Assembly: GCA_964016885.1 (NCBI GenBank)
Contig: OZ024740.1
Span: forward strand, 70,184,001-70,248,000
Direction: 5' to 3'
DNA: 64,000 nt
Origin: Eledone cirrhosa
Lineage: Eukaryota
Shown piece by piece: positions 51,860 to 64,000 of the stretch (its first letter is position 1; the number at the start of each line of letters is the position of its first letter). The notes under the pieces are model-generated. The model made no database searches and was not told the DNA's origin. It worked only from the letters and a program-made list of their open reading frames with translations. Position numbers and translations under genes: made by a program.

Positions 51860-53484
51860 AATTGCTGTAATCGATCGTATCAACCCCAGCACATAACTGC
51901 TACATGATCAACTTTGTTGGACTTAAAATGATGAAGCGTAAACTCGATATCGATGAAATTTTGACTCAGAGAATATGGGAACATAAATACTTACTAAGCA
52001 CTATAATAATTAATGACAATTATTCTGGGTAAGGGTTTAGTCAATTAAATCGTCTCCAGTACGTCATTGGTAGTACATTCTATCAAATGTGAATGGATGA
52101 AAAGCAAAGCTGTCTTTGAACCAAATGCAATACTGGTACTATATTTTATCGACCCTGTAAGGTTGAATGGCAAAGCCAATCTCGGTGGGATTTGAAATCA
52201 AAACGTAAAGAGTCCTAACTCTATGCCGCAAAGCATGTTGTCCGACGCTCTTCCGATATTGCCAACCCACATCACCTACAGATGGTAATTGATAATAATA
52301 ATATTAATAATAATAATAGTAATAATTATTTCTAGCATTGGCACAAGGCCAGCAATTTGGGAGAAGGGGAATGGCGATTATGTCGACCCCAGTACTTAAG
52401 TGACACGGTATTTTATCAACCCCTGAAGAGTTGAAAGGCAAAGGGGTCTTTGGTGGAATTTGAAACGAGAAGGTAAATGTCACAAATCATTTTGCCTGAC
52501 GCTCTAACGATTCTGCCAATCCACCGTCCTTGTTTCTAAAATTGATACAATCTCAGAAATTTGGGCAAAGGGAATGGTGATCATAGCGACTCCAATACTT
52601 GATGGGTTCTGTAATTTATCGGCCTCGGAAAGATAAAAGGCAAAGTTGACCTCGGCAAGATTTGAACATAAAATGCGAAGCAATTTTCGAACAATATAAG
52701 GACACTGCTAACCCACCTCTCCTAACAATACTGGCGATGATGATGATGATGATAATGATTTCTGATTTAGGCACAAGGCCAACAATTTTTTGGGGGGATG
52801 GGGAAAGTCGATTACATCGACCCCAGTGCGTAACTGGTACTTTATTTTATCGACCCAATAAGGATGAAAAGTAAAGCTAATCTTGGCGGGATTTGAACTC
52901 AGAACGTAAAGGGCCAAAACTCTATGCTGCAAAGCATGGTGTCTGACGCTCTACTTATACTGCCAATCTACCATAGTAATAATAAGGGTGATGGAAATAA
53001 TGATGATGAGGGGAGAAGAAGAAGAAGAAGAAGAAGAAGAAGAAGAAGAAGAAGAAGAAGAAGAAGAAGAAGAAGAAGAAGAAGAAGAAGAAGAAGAAGA
53101 AGAAGAAGAAGAAGAAGAAGAAGAAGAAGAAGAAAATTAGAGGCAATATTGCTTGCATTGTTTATCTGGGAGGAGATTGTTTGGAAAAATATAAAATTCT
53201 AAAAACATCAGAGAAATGTTAAGACAATGGTTTAGTATAATTAAATCTAAAGACAAGAATATCATTCGGGGATTACAATGTTGTGATTAGACATTAGATT
53301 TTGGTCTAGATGACCAGAGGTTGATAGTAATAAAAATTGATTATTGTTGATATATATATATGTTTTTCGAATATTAATAATTATTTCTACTTTTGGCACA
53401 AAGCCAGCAATTATCCCAGTGTATTACTGGTACTTTATTTTATCGACCCCGTAAGGATGAAAGGCAAAGTTAACCTCGGCGGGA
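51860..53484 (-). mobile_element. Cluster of co-oriented family A SINEs (about 52125-52270, 52325-52529, 52531-52715, 52756-52972, 53379-53484, plus older relics)
   Basis: Repeated TTTATCGACCC...GATGAAAGGCAAAG...CTCGGCGGGATTTGAACTCAG motifs. Confidence 0.85.
53014..53133. repeat. (GAA)n microsatellite
   Basis: Direct reading. Confidence 0.95.
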
Positions 53485-53485
53485 T

Positions 53486-53623
53486 AATATTAATAATATT
53501 CGATTCGGTTCGTTTGCAATTATGCAAACAAGCTTCAATTTTATAGCCATGTCAGTAGAATGAACCCTAAAATTGAGGCTTGTTTGCATAATTGCAAACG
53601 AATCGAATATTATTATTAATATT
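53486..53623. repeat. Inverted repeat with ~55-bp arms and a 24-bp spacer
   Basis: TAATAATATTCGATTCG..TTTGCAATTATGCAAACAAGCTTCAATTTTA versus TAAAATTGAGGCTTGTTTGCATAATTGCAAACGAATCGAATATTATTA. Confidence 0.85.
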
Positions 53624-53685
53624 CGAAAAACTCAGATTACATTTATTGTATTCAGCCATGTAGAGCGAACATTTTCTTTTTTATT

Positions 53686-53783
<98 letters not shown>

Positions 53784-54014
53784 GGTAAATGGTCTTTAGA
53801 TAAAAAATAATAGGTCCATTCATGTTGACATTCATGTTGCAAAACAATCTCGGTTCGGTTTCTTTCAGTAACTACTCCCAATGTACTGACACCCTTACTT
53901 TAACTGTGGTTCGCTTCCGTTCTCCAACGGAATATCTCTCTTACACACATATATACGCACACACACACACACATATATATATACATACATACATAAATAC
54001 ATACATACATACAT

Positions 54015-54320
54015 GACGACTGCTCCCTCGTTATCGAGTATGGGCATTGCACGATAGAACATTATTAATAATTATCAATTAATGCTATCGTGCTATGCCC
54101 GTGCGTGAAAATTCTTTTTAAAACTAGGAAAGACTGTGCACTGAGCCACTTCCACTCTCTGAGCGACAGTAGCTATAATCCGAAAAGAAGAAAAGATCAA
54201 CATCATCGGTAACTACAGAGCCGCAGGTTTTATGTTAGAGTTATTCCAGTGCCCTGACAAAGGCTAGAGATCGTCCGCTCCCAGTGTTTTAACCACGTGA
54301 TCGAGTATCGAGCCCGATTA
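54015..54320 (-). mobile_element. Relative of the 7981-8587 non-autonomous element, with (ATGT)n tail
   Basis: Shared blocks CTCGTT.TCGAGTA, CCACTCTCT, AAAAGAAGAA.A..TCAA.ATCAT.GG and TGCC.TGACAAAGGCTA. Confidence 0.55.
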
Positions 54321-54352
54321 TTTCTATGTCCCCGCACACATACATACACATG

Positions 54353-54471
<119 letters not shown>

Positions 54472-54804
54472 TTAGTCTGTTTCAGACTAAATAAAAATGG
54501 CCTAAGCATACAATACAACGGGAGGAAACATAATAGCACCACTGACGATGTTGCAGATGTGCAACGAAAGAACTTTGTTAGACTATATATATGTGTTTGT
54601 GTCTATATGGTATCTGTATTGTTTACCGTTGGTCAGTCAATGGTAACATTGAGGACCGAATAAATTAAATTAACCGATATAAAAGACACAGAAGCGAAAA
54701 CCAACCAAACAGTGAGTGTGTTCTGTTATTTATTCTGGCAATATTATTACACAAATATGACCCTCCCCAAGTATAACTATATATATATATATATATATTT
54801 ACAC

Positions 54805-54940
54805 ATTTTGGGATGGCCAAACGAGTTCTTCCACCTTTTGTCAGGTTTTGTTTTTTGTCCTGCAGGCTGTCCAAAATCACCCTCCTTACCAAGTAAACTT
54901 GGTGGGGTTGCCGGTTTAGCCGCCAACGACCCGACCATGA
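54805..54940 (-). mobile_element. 5' fragment of the 7981-8587 element family
   Basis: Matches about 8395-8534 and abuts (CATA)n. Confidence 0.7.
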
Positions 54941-56573
54941 ATACATACATACATACATACATACATACATACATACATACATACATACATACATACATAC
55001 ATACATACATACGTATGTACATACATTCATACATATACGCACGTTCAGGACAACATTTATGTGATATATATTATGTCGTTGATTTTGTTCCTTAGCCCCG
55101 TGGTCAGCCATGATCGTTTAAAATTTTGACCATGGACATTCCAGCCGTTAATCCAGATGTTTTTAATATCTAGGACAACATTGTCCAATATTTCTTTTCT
55201 TCCCGTTATTTTAAAGACGAGATTTCATGGAAATTTGGCTTCTCCCCAATTATTTTAACTTGTCAAGTGATCACATAGAATCTCTTTCGTTCATTCCCTG
55301 GAACTAAATGTTTACTAATACATATAGTAGAAGTCGAATATTTAAAACTAATGACTTTATCATTGATATCTATAATTTGAATGTTTTCTATATGTAGAGA
55401 GAGACAGCGTTACATCCTTTTTCTTTTCTTGCGTTTTGATGGGTCAAAATGATTAAGAACTAAGGAGTTATATCTATAATGGAAATTAAACTTCGGCTCA
55501 AATATTTTCAAAATCTGACTTCATTAGCAATAGATACAATATTGATTTCAAATTTGACAGTAAACGATAATATTATAGTCAGCTGAAATCACCCCTAGCA
55601 ACCTACTCGTACTTGCTTTGTTGCATCCGTAGAATTTGAAGCTGGATCGTCCTAAATTCAGTTACTGATCTAATCCACTTGGGTGGTCACATAATCTGTC
55701 GTTCTCTGTAACGCCACCACCTAGCCCATGAAGGGGGTTTTAGCGGAGTCCACTCTCACAGGATACTGTCTTTTCTATTTCATACCAGTCTCGAACGCTT
55801 TGAAAAGGGTCATGGGTGCAGCGCTGCCTTCGTTGATTAGACAGTGAAAAACATTCAACAAAATATGTTTAAATCCATTAATCCAAAATCTCACATACAC
55901 TCAGGGGGCCATATCAAATTGGTAATAGAGCTAGATAACATGTAAAATATAGTTTCCCAAAGTTGGTTATAGGCGAGGATCAGATGTTTAGACACCATTT
56001 CAATGTGTTCAGCAAATATTTTAGTATTTAGAGCTAAATATATATGATTTTGTATATCTTGCGGGTATATATACGAACTAGAATTTGAAGTGAGTAAACC
56101 TCCTAACTATATTTAACTCATGTCTACTGTCCATCTGGTCTAGGCTTCAAGAACACACAAAATTATACAAAACCTGTATGGCTCAATGTTATGTTTTAGG
56201 GTGTTAAATTTAGCTCTAAATCTATTGAGCATGTTGCAAAGTGTATTAGAGGCTTTTTAATCAATAAGGAAATAATTTCAGATGGGACGTTAAACAAAGA
56301 GTTTGTATATGTAGATAGTTCAATGGGAGATAATATATTTAATTTAGTAACCCCTCTACTTAAGCTAAATGAAATTATGTATAATTTATGAGAGAAGATG
56401 CAAACTAACCTATTGAATTTGGCAGCTGATTTGGTTACAACTGAACGGTGATAATTGAGAATGAGGAAGCTTGGTACAGGATACGACTTTTGCGCATGTC
56501 AACAAAATTAAATACAGCAACAGAAAATAAAATAATTATTTGCACATATATATGTATATATATATATATACAC

Positions 56574-56615
<42 letters not shown>

Positions 56616-56645
56616 GTGTATATATATATATATATATATATACAC

Positions 56646-56714
<69 letters not shown>

Positions 56715-56744
56715 CATTATATATATATATATATATATACATAC

Positions 56745-56807
<63 letters not shown>

Positions 56808-56862
56808 AATGTCTTCATACACACACATATACATGTGCATATATCTATATGCATATAATATA

Positions 56863-56970
<108 letters not shown>

Positions 56971-57518
56971 GCATAAACATAAATATAAGTAAATGTGTAT
57001 ATCTTACATAAGACGATATTAAAGCATAAATAATAGAAACAATAACGGTTATTATTATATTTATATATTTTTCTTTTGTTTTTGATTTAGTTTTCTTTTC
57101 TTTTTTTTTTTCTTTTTTTTTTTCTTCTCTGTTCTTTCATTCCGTCTTCAAAAATATATGCTCCAAAATTTGGCAGGCTGGCGTATTGAGTTTGTTTTTT
57201 TATTTTCCCCAATTTGGGAGGAGGAGGTCAATTTTGAATTTTCTGAAAATATTGGCAAGTGAAATATAAAAGAGAATAGACTATAAATTCTCCTCCTTTG
57301 AAATCTTTTGTTCGTAAACAAAAGGAAATAAATAAACTGGATTGTTTGATGACTGAAAGTCAATAATATTCAACAGAAATTTCCAGCGGAATATATTTCA
57401 TCATTTCAATATAATCTACTTTAATTTCGTTTCGTTTTGTTTTCTGTTTCCTTCCAACTAAAAAGTGGAATATAGCAAAGGGAAGATAATTTCAGCTCAG
57501 CATAATTTATGCATGTAA

Positions 57519-57594
<76 letters not shown>

Positions 57595-57596
57595 TT

Positions 57597-57677
<81 letters not shown>

Positions 57678-58040
57678 ATTAAGAGACGAAACTTATCGAT
57701 TAGAATAGACACAGCTTCGGTCGCTTCTTCGTATATATATAACATATATAAGAATAAATGTCTTGGTTTGTGTATGTATGTATCAGTATATTTTTGGGTG
57801 AGGGTATGTATGTATTTATATTATGGGGATCTGTATGCTGATTTATATAAACATATATGTGTGTGTGCGTGTGTGCGTGTGTGTGTGTGTGTGTGTGTAT
57901 GTATAATGTGTGTTTGTGTTTGTGTGTGAGGAGTGTAGATATAGGTTTGTGTGCATGTGAGTAGAATTCCTCATGTTGCGCCCACGTTTCTATATTTTAC
58001 GTCATATTCATATACATGCCTGAATCATGTATATCATCCT

Positions 58041-58127
<87 letters not shown>

Positions 58128-58136
58128 ATATATGTG

Positions 58137-58190
<54 letters not shown>

Positions 58191-58269
58191 CATATATATA
58201 CATATATATATACATATACATATATATATACATATATATACATATATATATACATATATATATATATAC

Positions 58270-58300
<31 letters not shown>

Positions 58301-58391
58301 CATATATATACATATATATATATACATATACATATATATACATATACATATACATATATAATTACATATATATACATATATATATACATAC

Positions 58392-58430
<39 letters not shown>

Positions 58431-58431
58431 C

Positions 58432-58464
<33 letters not shown>

Positions 58465-58465
58465 C

Positions 58466-58616
<151 letters not shown>

Positions 58617-60426
58617 CACATATATATATATATATATGCATCTCTCTCTCCGTCCTCTCGCGCACACATACACGAGTGTTTAGAAATACAAGAGGTGTGT
58701 GCGCGAACATGTGGTGCCGTGTGTGTTTGGGAACCTACACGGGTACAGTACTGCTTGGCATACCCTTATTAGTATTGTATTATTAATGCAATTGTATGTA
58801 ATGTGTATTAGCTATATTGACCTGCTAGAGAATGAAGTAGTCGTACTACTGTTAAAATGAATATGTATAAGTCTATAAGTAAGTGGTGCTGTGTGTTTGC
58901 ATGTATCTGTGGTTACGTGGACATATGTATGTAAGGAGTATGTTTGTTTGTAGGTTCATATATATGTAATTGTGTGTATGTATGTATGTATGGATGGATG
59001 GATGCAATGATGTATGTATGGATCGATGGATGGATAAATGGATGGATGGATAGATGGATGAATATAGTTGTGTGTATGCATGTATATAGGATGGGTGGGT
59101 GGGTGGATGGATACATGAATGTGGTTGTGTGTATTTATGTATGTATGTATGCATGTAGGGATGGAATGATGGCTGGATGTGGTTGTGTGCACGTGTTTGA
59201 GAATATGTCGGTGTTCGCTTTATTTCATTCGCTCTCACCTTAATATATGCTGCTAATTTTGCTTTGTATTGTGTTGTTTTTTTGTTTACGATCAGGTAAA
59301 ACTTGATCAAAGAGAATTGTGCTCAAAGGCATTCTAACTATGAATCTTCTTTTATATATTTTATGGATACCTAGGACTTCATGACTTAATGTTCTAATGT
59401 ATCCTACTTTTCATTTCTTAAAGAATTTATGTAATGATTCTGTAGAGATGTGTATGCTTTGTTAGAAGGTCAAGCAATGCAGTTAACGATTTTACATTAG
59501 CTTGTATTGTTATTATTGTTTTTGCTATTGTTTAGAACTATGTGAGCCCTTATTAAACAAAATCTATAATAAAAGACATACTGTCCCTTACTGTGATACT
59601 GCTCTTTTTTTTTTTTGGTATATAAGACTACATGTTATCCATTTTTCTTTACATTGTTTAAGACGTCATTGCGTCCTTCTTTTTGTTAAGAAAATATAAG
59701 ACGATTTTGGACATTTAGCTTTAGAGTTTGCATGTATCTAAACTCGTTAGTTCACTGCCAATAGTAATCATGTTGTTGGTAATAATACATTTAACCGCAG
59801 GTCACCTCCAATCGAGCATATCTCTCGAATAAAAGCAGCCCAGCCGTGAAAATCTCAAAGAAAACGTACAAGATTTTCACGATTGTGTTGCTTTTGATTG
59901 AGAGATCTACTCAACTGAAGCTGACGTGTGGTTAAATGTATTACTACCAACATTATTGCCGTTGACGTTGAGTGAATGGGGTTAAATCTATGCAAACGTT
60001 GCGTTCGCGTAATGTGTATATATTGAGCAATGGTTTTTAGTATTTAGCAATATGACATACGCGTGGTAAGAGTTTGGAACAGGGAAGGAGGAAGGAGAGG
60101 AGGCGAAGAAAAAAGTTTTAAAAGTGTGCCATAAGCACGTGTTTGTTTTAATATTGAAACTGTTGATGTGTGTGTGAGAGAGTTTATGTTTGTGTATGCA
60201 TGTATATATGTATGCATGTATATATGTATGCATGTATATATGTATGCATGTATTTATGTATGCATGTATACATGCAGGAATTGTTATTGCAATACTATTT
60301 TAAGACTGATTCTCATAGTGTCATAGTTGGTGACGTCATGGGCTTGAAAAGAATATCTTGGAATGCCCACATAAGTTTTTTCGGCTATTTTCTGTTTATG
60401 TTCTGCATATTTATATATATGTATAT

Positions 60427-60499
<73 letters not shown>

Positions 60500-60555
60500 A
60501 TGCATGTAGTAGAACATATGGTATATGAATACCGGAAAATCATCACATACACAGA

Positions 60556-60587
<32 letters not shown>

Positions 60588-60648
60588 CAAACAATAGACA
60601 TTGTTTATAATCGTGTTTCTTTAGCTATATGTTGCTGCATATACCTCA

Positions 60649-61264
60649 TTATGGCCAATTAAAATCTTTATGGATTAGTTGAAAGAATTTCGTATTAAAT
60701 GGTCTATAGAAATCTCGCAAACGCTGTATAACTTGTGCCGATATATTAGGATGGGCTCTTCCCTTTGTCTTACCCAAACAATGCGGATGACCACTTCCAC
60801 CGTGCTTCTTGAGACAAGGAAATCCTTTGGTTTCATTAAAATAGAAATGTTTTTCATTGATAATTCGTTCAAGTCCTAGAAAATCTTGAAGCTTTGCCAT
60901 TTCTCCGGCTGGATCTGATATGAGTCGTTCACCATGGACGAAATGCATCTGCGATAAATTAAAGTACTGTAGCCACAGAGCGGTGTGTTTAGCGTACACA
61001 CCGATTTTGATAGCACCCCACGATGTGTCTACAATACGTGTGTTGTTCATGAACGCCATCTGTTCGAAGGTCTTAGTTTGCAGCCGTTTGCTAACAGTCT
61101 GTGTATAGTCGGAAATGGCACGTGTGACAGGGTCACGAATGACAACTATTAATTTGATATCCTTGGACATATTAAATATTCGACGCGGAACTTCTTTTGT
61201 CACGAAATAACTGGGTGTTTTCTCAATAGTAATTTGACCATCGAATGTTGCGGGCATTATACTC
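60649..61264 (-). CDS. HS3ST: Last coding exon of heparan sulfate glucosamine 3-O-sulfotransferase (HS3ST3/Hs3st-B-like)
   Basis: EKTPSYF, the 3'-phosphate-binding motif [36 protein letters not shown] and [13 protein letters not shown]. Polypyrimidine tract plus acceptor TTTCTGTTTACAG|G ending at 61265, phase 2. Stop TAA at 60651-60649. Confidence 0.96.
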
Positions 61265-62334
61265 CTGTAAACAGAAAGAAAAGAAAAGATAGATTAGAGA
61301 AAAAAATAAGAAAAACAAAATATTAGAGCTAAACAATGAGAAAACATAAAAATAAAAGAAATATATAAATCTACATTAGAATTCAATGAAATATACGAGA
61401 AAATGTAAACTGTGGGCAGTTAGTTTGCATTATTTTTTTTTTTTTTTTTTTGCTGTTGTTGCTATTATTATTATGTGATGTTGTTGTTGTTGCTGATAGT
61501 GGTATTGTTATTGTTATTATTGTAGCTACCATCAGTAGCAGCATCAACATCATTCTCTTCATCATAGTTCTTTTCTTTTTTCTTTATTTTTTAATCAAAT
61601 GGACAAATCTGAGCAAAGTAGTATTTAAACGTTGGTTGTTGGTTTGTTGTAATTTTTTTTCCATTTTAATTATTTTTATTATATATATCTTATTTATTTA
61701 TTTATTTATTTGTTTATTTTTCTATCTTTTTTCCTGAGCAAGCAGCAGAATGAATAACTACTCCAAATTCTCTCCAATTTGCTTTGTGGGTTTAGTAATC
61801 AATAACTAATAATAAAGAGCAGGCACGGTGTTGGGGGTGATGGAGGATAATAATATGAAAGCATAAAAGATCACATCTAAATTGTGTGTATTTTTCCTAT
61901 TACCTCCCTTTTCAATTTTAATGATCTCAACGCTGATAATATCAGTCCATTCGAGCAACGATGCCAACTACTTGGTTAAATATTCTTTTGTTTTCCTTTA
62001 TATTCTATACCCTGCTCTCTACAGTTACTGTACTGAAGAGAACAGACGCTGCTCACAATCTATTGCATTCTCCCTCTCTCTCTCCATCATTCTCTCATTC
62101 TCTCTCCCTCTCACTCCTCCAATTCTTTTTTGCACTCCTGATATATATCGCACTCTCTTTTATGTATATACAAATATGTATATGTGTGTGTTTGCGCGCG
62201 TGCCAATGGCGTCTGTATGAATTATTGTGCGCGCGTGTATGTATGTGTATGTGCGTGTAACAATTGACATACACTATGTGCGTGCACACATGCACACACA
62301 CCCACATATATATATATATATGCATATATATATT

Positions 62335-62440
<106 letters not shown>

Positions 62441-62453
62441 TATATATATTTAC

Positions 62454-62510
<57 letters not shown>

Positions 62511-62625
62511 TGTGTATGCATATATACATGAATATATAAATATACATACCTGCATACATACATATTTTGACGATACATAATTTTGAATGGATATAAACAT
62601 TTGCTTACAAATAAATTATTTATGC

Positions 62626-62656
<31 letters not shown>

Positions 62657-62894
62657 GAGAGAGAGAGAGAGAGAGAGAAGTAGAGATATTCTTTTTGTTC
62701 TCTGGTTTTGTCTTGTTTTGATTTTGTTTTTTATCTTTCACTTTTTTTTAGTAGTAAAGTGGTTGCTAATTTTCAAAGCGATGTACTTCAGCAAAAAAGG
62801 AATAATGATGCATATAGAAACGTGGAGATATTTCAAGTTTATTCATATACGTATAATCAATTTAAGGTTATAGAATTCTACCCAACAAAACAAG

Positions 62895-63020
62895 TTTATG
62901 GTCTGAGTTCAAATCCCGCCGATGTTAACTTTGCCTTTCATCCTTACGGGGTCGATAGAATAAAGTACCAATAATACAATGGGATAATTGCTGGCCTTGT
63001 GCCAAAAGTAGAAACAATTA
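62895..63020 (+). mobile_element. 5'-truncated family A SINE in the HS3ST intron
   Basis: B box, core and 3' end are present. Confidence 0.88.
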
Positions 63021-63835
63021 TAAGTTATATCATTGTTGCGAAAGCGATTTAATTGTAGAACCAGTCGAGCGCCAACCAAAGTTCTTAGTGGGAGACGCTT
63101 ACGTTCTTTTTTACGCTGAAAGCTCAGTATCATTCATATATTGTTTCGATTGATCAGTAAAATAATGTATATCTTACATATTGAGGTTGATTTAATCAGC
63201 TATATATTACTAATATTTAATCACTGACAAAATTTCTTTTAAATACAGAGAGCTCGGACGAACTAGCAACAATTTAAGAGGTGATAGGTACAGAAAAATT
63301 CATAGAATTTAAAACGTTACATTTTTAGGGAAATGTCGTATAATTGATTAAATCGACTACGGTATTATGTTGGAAATTATTTATTGCATTCCAGAAAGAC
63401 GAACGTGTAAAATCGTGTTGAGTAGAATTTCAAATCAGAAAGCAGATGGATGTAACTAAATACCACACAGCCCTTATCAATCCATCGCCCTCGTTTCTAT
63501 TCAACATTTGCTTTCGTTATTATTGATAATTAACATTAGTATCAAGTAGAAACAGTTTTTCTTTTTTGGGGGACTAAGAAGAGTTTATTAAATCGACCGC
63601 AGTTTTTGACTGGTAATCTACGCTACTTTGTCCGAAATAATGAAACCATGAGATCTACTCCATTTTTTATCCTTATGGAGCTTCAATAATATAAAGTACC
63701 CGTCAAGCAATGTGGTCGACATAACCGAATACATCCCTCCCCGAAAGATGTTTCTAATCCTGTTATTATACTAGAAATCGACCTTAGATTTAAATAAATT
63801 TTCCTCCAACATTCATCAACCACATATAATGTCGT

Positions 63836-63996
63836 TTTTAGATTATTGATTTCTAGTATAATAACTGTTTCTACTTTTGGCACAAGGCGAGAAATTACCC
63901 CCCCCCCCCCTAAAGAACCAGTAATACACTGGGATAATTGCTGGCCTTGTGCCAAAAGTAGAAACAGTTATTATACTAGAAATCAATAATCTAAAA
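63836..63996. repeat. Perfect 53-bp inverted repeat made of a SINE 3' end plus flank
   Basis: 63836-63888 is the exact reverse complement of 63944-63996, with a 55-bp spacer containing a C run. Confidence 0.92.
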
Positions 63997-64000
63997 TTGA

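Noticed and set aside
61257-61257. ATG of the 202-aa ORF as the true HS3ST start
   Set aside because: The catalytic N-terminal 5'-PSB motif and the membrane anchor are missing, and a strong splice acceptor lies 7 nt upstream.

Overview
AT-rich, microsatellite-dense animal genomic DNA. The SINE/LINE repertoire and the (TA)n, (CATA)n and (CA)n load suggest an octopod cephalopod, which is an inference. The only host gene visible is the last coding exon of a heparan sulfate glucosamine 3-O-sulfotransferase (HS3ST, minus strand, 61264..60649); its upstream exon lies beyond the window. The remaining ~60 kb is transposon-derived: about 20 tRNA-derived SINE copies, two RTE-type LINE fragments (one with a twin-priming 5' inversion), an R4/Dong-like restriction-endonuclease retrotransposon repeatedly inserted in (CATA)n, an L1/Tx1 RT relic, two Penelope-like GIY-YIG remnants, a 37-bp two-variant minisatellite and several palindromes or MITE-like inverted repeats. 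The most notable hidden layer is self-cleaving ribozyme motifs. I count about 12 type-I hammerhead cores from several unrelated families, including a 310-nt tandem (retrozyme/pLTR-like) and a four-copy family with compensatory base changes. There is also a tentative HDV-like fold at the 5' end of a non-autonomous RTE-like element. All folds were read by eye and need computational and experimental confirmation. Most ORFs in the supplied track are microsatellite artefacts.
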